A stretch of 63,756 nt of DNA, the filler included, from Collodictyon triciliatum (taxonomy: Eukaryota): NCBI GenBank assembly GCA_043381765.1. It is 32 parts of 32 records of this genome, joined end to end, with 100 filler letters (N's around TTAATTAATTAA, not from the genome) between each part and the next. Parts side by side here need not be neighbours in the genome. Positions count along the whole stretch, not along the records: positions 52,922 to 54,781 come from JBHJMP010010037.1; positions 54,882 to 56,741 come from JBHJMP010010038.1; positions 56,842 to 58,700 come from JBHJMP010010039.1; positions 58,801 to 60,658 come from JBHJMP010010040.1; positions 60,759 to 62,616 come from JBHJMP010010041.1; positions 62,717 to 63,756 come from JBHJMP010010210.1; 26 more parts are not named here. One strand, 5' to 3'. The first letter of the stretch is position 1, and each line of letters begins with the position of its first letter. The notes under the pieces were generated by a model. It had not been told where the DNA came from. It saw nothing but the letters and a program-made list of their open reading frames with translations, and did no database searches. Shown here piece after piece: positions 53,973-63,756 of this stretch. The position numbers were made by a program, and so were the translations under genes.

Positions 53973-55016
53973 AAAACAGGGATAAGGTTGTCTGGTTTGG
54001 TGAGATTTTAGAGTTTTTGTTTGCCTTCGATGGTTGGCCATTACATCTGGAAATTAAAACAAAATACGGTAGAGTTCAAGAGGTTCTTGTCATGGTTTCT
54101 CTTTAGGGCAGAGAATGTTTGAGAATCCATTTAAGCGCACCCTTCATTCGATCGGTGTAGCATTTGGTATGGTGGCAACGAAGTGAATTAACATATCTGT
54201 TCTGAAACACTTTTGTTTATTTTTGTGGCGCATCGAATTTCAAATTGTGACACATGTAATCACGCATACTCTAGCGATATTCCAATTAAAATGAAAGTCT
54301 TGCTCTGGTGCACATAGCAATATTTGGTCAAAATAGTATTTTCCAGATGTGTAATTGTTCGTTGACTTCGTCACGATGTTGTTACGAATTTCACAACCAT
54401 GACTCCCGGCGGTTGCGCTAATTCAGACTTTCTGGAATACGAAGACAATTCGTCCCAAAAAACAAAAGAAGCAAAAACAAAAACAAAAGCAAAACAAGAA
54501 ACAAAACAAAACAAAACAAGAAACGGTGGAGAATGCTCGCTTCCAACCCTGCCCCAGGATCGACAGATCTACATTTTCACCTGGTCCCCTTGTGTTTATA
54601 TCTATTTCCTTTTTCCTTTTCTACTCATTTTGTTCTCATTTTCCCAGGTTACATTTTGTTAATTTGTTTTACGTGGTTTTGTGAGACGCTTCTCCGCCTC
54701 TCTGTTATCTGTGGATGCACCTAATACCGAGTATAATCTTTTGGGTTGTATTCTTCACACTACATTTTCTTTTGGGATGCTNNNNNNNNNNNNNNNNNNN
54801 NNNNNNNNNNNNNNNNNNNNNNNNNTTAATTAATTAANNNNNNNNNNNNNNNNNNNNNNNNNNNNNNNNNNNNNNNNNNNNAAAGAAAGAAATAAAAAAG
54901 AAGGGAAAAAAAAAGAAAAATTTTTTTTTTTTTTTTTTTTTTGTTGTTATTGTTGTAATTTTTGTTGGATTCGTACGGAAGGTGAGATATTTGGTTTCAA
55001 ATAGAAAGTTATTTAC

Positions 55017-56271
<1,255 letters not shown>

Positions 56272-57045
56272 CTTACTCACAATGAAAGGTTCAGAACGAG
56301 ATGGTATTTATTTTAGCATCCAAACAATGTTGCTTTCGATTATTTTTTTTTAAAAGATAGGAATTGATGATTAAAATAAAGATTGTGAGATGATTATTTG
56401 ACTCTTTTTTTTATAAAAAAAAAAACCATAAATTTGATATCTGAGGGCAAAAAAAAAAAGGAGGAAACACTGGAACAAATGAAAACAAATTGAAATAATG
56501 GACTTGAATGGAAAAACGAAATGTTATGTATGTTGTTTAGGGGCTACGTGTGATTGATTTTTTACTCTTCCTTTCAAGTTATGGAAGATGGTTATATAAA
56601 CAATTATAATAAAAAAAAATGATTATAAACATGATGATAATGATAGTGATAGTGATAGTGATAGTGATAGTGATAGTGATAGTGATAGTGATAGTGATAG
56701 TGATAGTGATAGTGATAGTGATAGTGATAGTGATAGTGATANNNNNNNNNNNNNNNNNNNNNNNNNNNNNNNNNNNNNNNNNNNNTTAATTAATTAANNN
56801 NNNNNNNNNNNNNNNNNNNNNNNNNNNNNNNNNNNNNNNNNAAAACTAAAACTAAAACTAAAACTAAAACTAAAACTAAAACTAAAACTAAAACTAAAAC
56901 TAAAACTAAAACTAAAACTAAAACTAAAACTAAAACTAAAACAAAAAATATAGTGACCCGCTGAGTTCAAAATTTAATCCCAATTATAATGATTCTTCAT
57001 CATTTAACAAGAAGAATTTTTTTAATTTTTTTTTTTACAATCTAG

Positions 57046-58608
57046 GGCATTATATACAACATCGGAACAATGGACTCTATTTCTTTCGCTGCTTTGATAT
57101 CAGCCGTCGACCCTGTCGCTACTTTGGCCATCTTCCAAGCATTGAAGGTAATATTGAGATTTTTACTTGTAGTTATCTGTTTTTCTACCTGATTTTGTTA
57201 GTTTTTATTTTCTATTTTTTTTAGTTCATCTAAACAACCACAACAAAGTCATCGGAAGAGTAGTCATATAACACTATATTCTTCTGAAGGTCGACCCATT
57301 ACTCCATTACTTGGTATTTGGGGAAAGTGTTTTGAATGATGTTGTCTCAATCGCTTTATACAAGTTCGTTTGTTTTCTACCTAAAATATATACCTAAACT
57401 ACACATCACTATTTCATATATTTAAAATGGTACCTTTTTCCAATATACCATATAATTTTCTTTTGCATTTACATTTCCATATTCCTTACTCCTCATAGGA
57501 CATGCGTAGAGATTAAGCGGACACATGAACATCTCTCGTTTTTTGTTTTCCTTAAAATTACGGCTCAATTTTTGTATGTATCTACCACGTCTATATTAAT
57601 TGGGGTAGTGATATCTGCGACTGCAGCACTGGTTTGTTCCATCTATAAAACATTACCCTGAAGTTATATGTAATTTATATCCTTCTTCCACCCGCTTTAT
57701 AGAAATTTTGATTCAAGTTTTTTGTAAATCACATCATCACACCCAGCTTTTTAAGTACTTTTCATTCCGTGCATATCCAGCACTTGAGATGTCGCTGGTA
57801 AGTCGATCACTTTTGCTGAAAGCGTGTATGCTCTTAAATTCAATTGCTTTCAATTCATGTTTCCCCTTCAAACTCATATAGATTTATGTAGGTTTTTATC
57901 TTTTCCTACCTCCCTTACCTTATATGCGAGGGTCTTGGATTATCCGGTCTCTTTGCTATTTTCTTCGGTGGAATAACAAACTCACACTACATGAATTACA
58001 ATCTGTCACCAACAACTCTAATAGCCACAAAAGTATGTTCCTTAACTGTTATCTCTTTTCAGAAATCTTGTGCTTTTTTTTTTGTTTTACACGTGTTTAT
58101 GGCTGATATAAAACCCAATATCTCAAAACTGCTGAAAGAAACCGTTTGATTTTTTGTCCAAAAGTTCTGCAGACACAATTTTAAGCTTTTCTTTCTGTTT
58201 TGTTTTTTTCCATAGCAGTTCAATTAAAAAAAATTCTTTCATAGCAAGTCTTCCAAATGCTGGCCTTCATGGCTGAGACGCTAATGTTTGCATACTTGGG
58301 GATGGCAGTGTTTTCATTTCAACACGTTTTTTCCCAGTCGATTGTATTCGCATCTTTGGTATGAGCTGACTTACACTCAAGTTATCCTCTCCGTTCTTCA
58401 TCGCTATGCATCATCTGAATGCCGGCGATCGCTGACGCTGTTCCAAACAATTTGCTAAATACTTGAAAATTTATTATCCGTACGCCACTCTCATAGATTC
58501 TCATTTTTGTGGGACGTGCGATGAATGTTTTCCCACTTAGTTTCCTATTGAATATCTTTCGGTCAATTACAATAGAATGGAACTACCAGATTATCATGTG
58601 GTTTTCGG
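57046..58608 (+). CDS. Na+/H+ exchanger (CPA1; NHE8/NHX intracellular type); internal fragment, 7 exons
   Basis: FAALISAVDPVATLAIF ... LVFGESVLNDVVSIAL ... EGLGLSGLFAIFFGGI..SHY..YNLS ... LAFMAETLMFAYLG ... GRAMNVFPLS ... IMWFSG. Confidence 0.95.
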
Positions 58609-58800
58609 GTATGTGTAATTCAATATCTCCTTACAATATCAGTTGTTAGTCCTTAATAGTTGATGAGATATTATTTCCTTCCTGAGTCTTTCAAGTTTGT
58701 NNNNNNNNNNNNNNNNNNNNNNNNNNNNNNNNNNNNNNNNNNNNTTAATTAATTAANNNNNNNNNNNNNNNNNNNNNNNNNNNNNNNNNNNNNNNNNNNN

Positions 58801-58880
<80 letters not shown>

Positions 58881-58950
58881 AAGAAGAAGAAGAAGAAGAT
58901 ACAAAGAAAGTGAATTCGACTATTAATTAAAAGATTGTGTTTTGCAGTAC

Positions 58951-60365
58951 CATTTTGAGGACGGTGGGTCCAAAAATCCACAGATTCGAGGTCACAATGT
59001 GGTTCAAAAAACTCGTGTGGGGTGATAAGGTGCGCAGCTTTGATTTAATTAGAAAATTAAAATTACTCAGCACAAGAAGCTATCCATACAGCTTTAAAGT
59101 GACACAACAAAAGAATCTTATTACCATGTATGATATAGGTGTGTTCATTTTTGTCGGCATCGGATTCTGTTGAATTCTTTTTTTTTTTTTTGATAGATTT
59201 GGCTTAAATATTTTCTTTCTCATTTCAAGTCTTGGGGATGACAAGATTATCAACAAAATCGGGGGTGTTGTAATGTAATATCATGCTATTTTTAGTCGAT
59301 CACATTACCTTGTTATTGCTTTTGTTAAAATTGATATTGAACCTTCGGTAGGGGGAAGAGAAGAATGACCTCCGCTGCTACGAACTTCCAACTCAATACC
59401 AGTATATCCTTTCTCTCCAAGAGTTATGTAAGCAATAGGTTTGGAAATACCCGGATAACTGTTAGCAATAAAGCAACCTCCTTCATCTAAAACGAATTCC
59501 TAAATTGGAATTATTATTATTATTATCAAAAGTGGTTTTTTTTAATGACCGTATCATGTCTTTTTAAAAGGAAATGACAAATAGATTATATTTGTAGAAC
59601 CACGCTGAGAAAGAGTAATTATGAATACATATTGAAAACTGGATCGAATGGCTAAAGCCTCTTAAAAAATTACGAATCTAATATTTCTTTCTGCCAATAT
59701 CTTCGAGACGACTTCATTTCCTTGATGACCAGATACTTCTTCATCATGACCGAAGGAAAGATAAATAGACCTCTATGAATCAATTAACACGTAAATCAAC
59801 AATATGACATATTTTATGTTCCACATAACTGTATATTCGCCTGATAATTAATAATTTGCCTTTGGTTTGAAGCCTTCTCTGATATGTATCTCGATTGCTT
59901 CGAGAATTTGGAGAACTCCCATCTTCAGTTATCGTACAAAATAATAGAAATCCAGTTATGATACAGATTTGATTATATTAGGAGGTGTAAAAGCTTTTAA
60001 AAAAATCATGATAATCATTTAACCTTGTCGTCTAGAGCTCCGCGTCCCCAAATGTATCCCGCTTCAACACGACCTTCGAATGGGGGATGCGTCCATTGGG
60101 ATTCATTTAAAACTGGAACGACATCCAAATGAGACATCAGGAGATACGGGCTAGAGTTTCACATAAGGGGATGTAATTTATCAATCATGCTATAGTATGC
60201 TTTCTTCAACAAGAGAATGATAATAATACTAATCCAAATTGTACTTTAACGATGGATCTTTCCCATCCCATCGGTATAAGAGGGTATAATTATTAATTAT
60301 TTCCAAGTGTAAGTTCTGGTGGACTAATGGAAACTCAACTTTCAGGAACTCTCGCAATCCGATGA
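58951..60365 (-). CDS. M20-family metallopeptidase/amidohydrolase (PM20D1/carboxypeptidase-S-like); partial
   Basis: [12 protein letters not shown]...WTHPPFEG...[10 protein letters not shown] ... FGHDEEVSG ... FVLDEGG ... EKG ... GGHSSLPP ... SNLWIFGP. Confidence 0.94.
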
Positions 60366-60531
60366 ATGACTATTACCAATGTATATGTATGCAATTGATG
60401 CAGTCTTGCTTAACTTTATATGCCTTAATATCGATCGCTTATTCACTTTTTCCTTTTTGTTTTTTTGTTTTTTTGTTTTTTTGTTTTTTTGTTTTTTTGT
60501 TTTTTTTGTTTTTTTGTTTTTTTGTTTTTTT

Positions 60532-60658
<127 letters not shown>

Positions 60659-62969
60659 NNNNNNNNNNNNNNNNNNNNNNNNNNNNNNNNNNNNNNNNNN
60701 NNTTAATTAATTAANNNNNNNNNNNNNNNNNNNNNNNNNNNNNNNNNNNNNNNNNNNNCTGTCTGATGTTCTGGTGGTTTCTAAGACGGTGGTGTTATTG
60801 ACCACGAGAAAGGTTTAAATGAGAAAAGAGACCGTGTGCTTGAAAAAACAACTTATTGATCATATTCTCTTGTTGAGCTTGTTGTTTTTATCCGATCAGG
60901 CTGTTTGGATAAGCGGATTCGTATCCTTTCAAGGGGGTTTACAGGCTTTAAGCAGCAAATCACATAATACACTTTGAGAATGAACCCACGTCGCAGCAAA
61001 GCGCTCACAAGACAACGAGATAATATGAATTCAAGATAAGGGTGTCTAGGAGAATGGAAAAGAAAAGTGTGGCTGTTTTCATGCTGTGCGCCGATCTGGC
61101 TTTCGAGAAGGCAACACAGAACCAAAGGAGGAGATTGGTGATGAAGTAGATGAATCAACATCAAAAAGTTGCATAACGGAAAAAGTGAATGGGAAAGAAG
61201 GAAAGAAAGTATCCATTCCAAGATTTTCTCGAAAATTATGTTTTCCTTGACCTCCTATTTATTTATTTACTTATTATTATTTTTTTTTACCTCTGTGGGC
61301 TCAGGAGGTGATGCGCTATCATTGATGGCGGTTGATAAAACTATGGGGGCTTTCACTGCACAGTTTTTAGCGCATGGGAGATAATGCCTGCTCAACCACA
61401 TTAAAGTGGCAAAAGTAAGTGTGTATTCGACTGAAAGATTAGAGGTTATGCTGTGCAAGGTTCGCATGAAAGTGCGTATGGTAGAGAACGGATACAGACA
61501 AAAGATATTAGCGGGATAGTGACACCACTAGAAAGAAATCAGTGATAGCGAATAGGCCATGGCGGGCAACCCAACTGGTTGATCTATTGTGTTGATATCA
61601 GGGGCCGAAAATGTGATGGGATTTAGTCTGAAAGATCAAGATTTTACATCATCAGGTATTTTTGAGTCTCGGATGCACTCCTTGGATTATCATAAAAGAA
61701 ATGCTAGGACGGATGGAAGTGGTTAAGAGAATCACATGAGGAGAAAAGGACGAGCTATCCACAGGACAACGAAAGAAATGAAATGTCTTTAATTTATCCT
61801 TATGATTCAATAGAGCAAATTCCAGTGTTAAAATACAGCCGACTACCCACTCATCACGCGCAAAATCAGAAAGAAAGAAAAAGGAAAAAAATATTGGAAA
61901 ACAATGATTTGATAGGAAGGGTTCTGTATATTTTCCATTTCCCATGAAGAGGAATAAAAAACCATCGAGGTAATTAAATGATGGATGTTTCAAATGGAAT
62001 TCGATGATTAAGGCCCAGAACCGAGTATTAAATATAAAGTAACAGAGATTTTAACGGAAGAATTAAAGTCGACCCCGGGTTTGCACTTACCATAATATAC
62101 ACGGGGATTAAAAGTAATGGTGCTGCTTCCCATAAACCCTTTTATCTTTATGATTTATAAGAATATTTTCTCTCCTCATTTTTTGACCTTTCTTTTTCTT
62201 CCATACGTATAAATGTAAAGCTTCAGCGGAACCATAAATAAGGCATATTGTGCACATTATATCTTTCATAGGCACGGCATGGTTGTACTCGACTTGATAT
62301 TATTTGTTGGGGTTTGGTGTATAGAAGAGACAAGAATGACAGTAAATCATATAACGATAAAGCTAACCACGCCGACAAAACAATCTAAAAGCAATCTCGA
62401 ACCAAATGATTGTTAATAAAAAAAAAAAAATAGTCTGAATAAGAAATTGAAGAGTTTGGAAGGATATGTTGTGTAAAATAAAAAAATAATTTGCATCTTT
62501 TTATTACGGCGTTTATCCACTTCACTTGCCAGACGGTATCCCTATGGTATTCTTGTATACGCACACGTTATATTTCTTGTTTCTTTTCTTCCGCCATCTT
62601 TTTTTTTTTTTTTGGANNNNNNNNNNNNNNNNNNNNNNNNNNNNNNNNNNNNNNNNNNNNTTAATTAATTAANNNNNNNNNNNNNNNNNNNNNNNNNNNN
62701 NNNNNNNNNNNNNNNNGGGGGTGGAAAAAGGGGGTGTGGTTTGTTTTTTGGTGGGGGGGGGGGTGGGGGGTGGAAAAATAAAAAAAAAATTGTTTTGGGG
62801 GGGGGGGGGGGGGGGGGGGGGGATGAAGTGCGCATACTTAACAACCAAACACAAAAAAGGAATAATCATTTCATAAGAATCATTTCAATAAATCAAAAGA
62901 CGAGATAATCATACGCATAAAAAATAATCAGATAAGGCAATTATCGAAGTTGATGAATATGGAGACCAA

Positions 62970-63257
62970 CCTCAATGTGATGTATGGTCTTGTGGGGAAG
63001 TCAGCCTCATCACGAACTTTAGCCAGATGCTTTGCCATTCGAGAAGTTTGGTATCCAAATGCTTGAAAGCTTTTGTTTTCCACCACAAATGCCCCATTGA
63101 ATTCCAATTCGAAGGCGAGAGTTCCACATGGAGGCAAGCATGGCTCAGGTAGCGGCGTTGTGTAAGGTGTTGGCGTTGCCATGGTCTTGAGAGCAGGTGG
63201 ATCTGACTTTAGATATTTCTCTGTATAGTATTGCTGGGGCGATGAGGAATGCTCCAC
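62970..63257 (-). CDS. Probable exon of an unidentified gene
   Basis: Open coding-like segment (TMATPTPYTTPLPEPCLPPCGTLAFELEFNGAFVVENK...). No family recognised. Confidence 0.35.
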
Positions 63258-63756
63258 GCTTGGGGGAAGATTCGAACCCAGATTAAAGTTCGGCGAGTGA
63301 TTTCTATTGAAAATCCCACCTTGTTATTTTTCTTTTCGACCAGTAAAGTTAAGTGCCGAAGTATTATGATTATTTTAGGAAACAGTATAGGTATAGTATG
63401 TCATTTGCAAATAGCGATGCGTTGGTTTAGTTTTCAAAATTGTGTAAGCAAGCTGAAGGGGGCTCTCCAATTATACCAATACAAACACACCAGCCACTCT
63501 CCATTCTTCATTCTTACTCATACCCATCTCTCCCTACATATCTTTGATTTTTGTGGTATTTCTGTGCTTTAAATAATACAACATCGAAGAAACATAATCA
63601 CAATAAGTACGAAGTGGCGATATCCTCACTGACCTCATTTCCCGGGTTATAAATGTTTTTTTGTTTTTGTTTTTGGTTTTTTTTGGTTTTTTTGGTTTTT
63701 TTGGTTTTTTTGGTTTTTTTGGTTTTTTTTGTTTTTTTTGTTTTTTTTGTTTTTTT

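Noticed and set aside
58033..58050. U12-type intron signals: TTCCTTAAC in the NHE gene, GTATCTTT donor in the DUF1365 gene, GTATCCT near 1048 on the minus strand
   Set aside because: No intron has both a U12 donor and a correctly placed U12 branch site. The NHE motif lies at the 5' end of its intron, and the gene model near 1048 is unsupported.

Overview
This window is not contiguous genome. It is 32 short segments (mostly about 1.86-1.9 kb) joined by 31 artificial N44-TTAATTAATTAA-N44 spacers, so neighbouring segments are unlinked and gene-neighbourhood arguments do not hold across spacers. The DNA comes from an AT-rich, intron-rich microbial eukaryote that uses the standard code and GT-AG introns and is heavily loaded with microsatellites; most segments break in one. 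Most six-frame ORFs are translated repeats. Splicing by hand recovers complete or nearly complete VPS25, LSM12 and NF-YC-like genes. It also recovers fragments of a PP2C (ILKAP-like), a CAAX small GTPase, a DUF1365/CFA-synthase-like fusion, TTLL3-type glycylase, VPS16, an RWD protein, a PH-domain protein, NOA1/YqeH, TYSND1/DEG15, a PPEF-like EF-hand tail, ATAT1/MEC-17, an NHE8-type exchanger and a PM20D1-like peptidase, plus LINE remnants (one RT, two ORF1-like). The best leads are: (1) a ~520-codon intronless orphan gene broken by homopolymer frameshifts and fused head-to-head to a 5'-truncated LINE RT, possibly an endogenised viral sequence; (2) an intronless Ig-repeat/cohesin-module protein; (3) a DUF1365 protein fused to an apparently degenerate cyclopropane-synthase module; (4) a WD40/Cys-rich-repeat fusion with recent 279-bp duplications; (5) a CAAX GTPase that seems to lack the G3 motif. 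No complete novel multi-gene system can be demonstrated from contigs this short. All family calls are motif recognition by eye; no database search was run.
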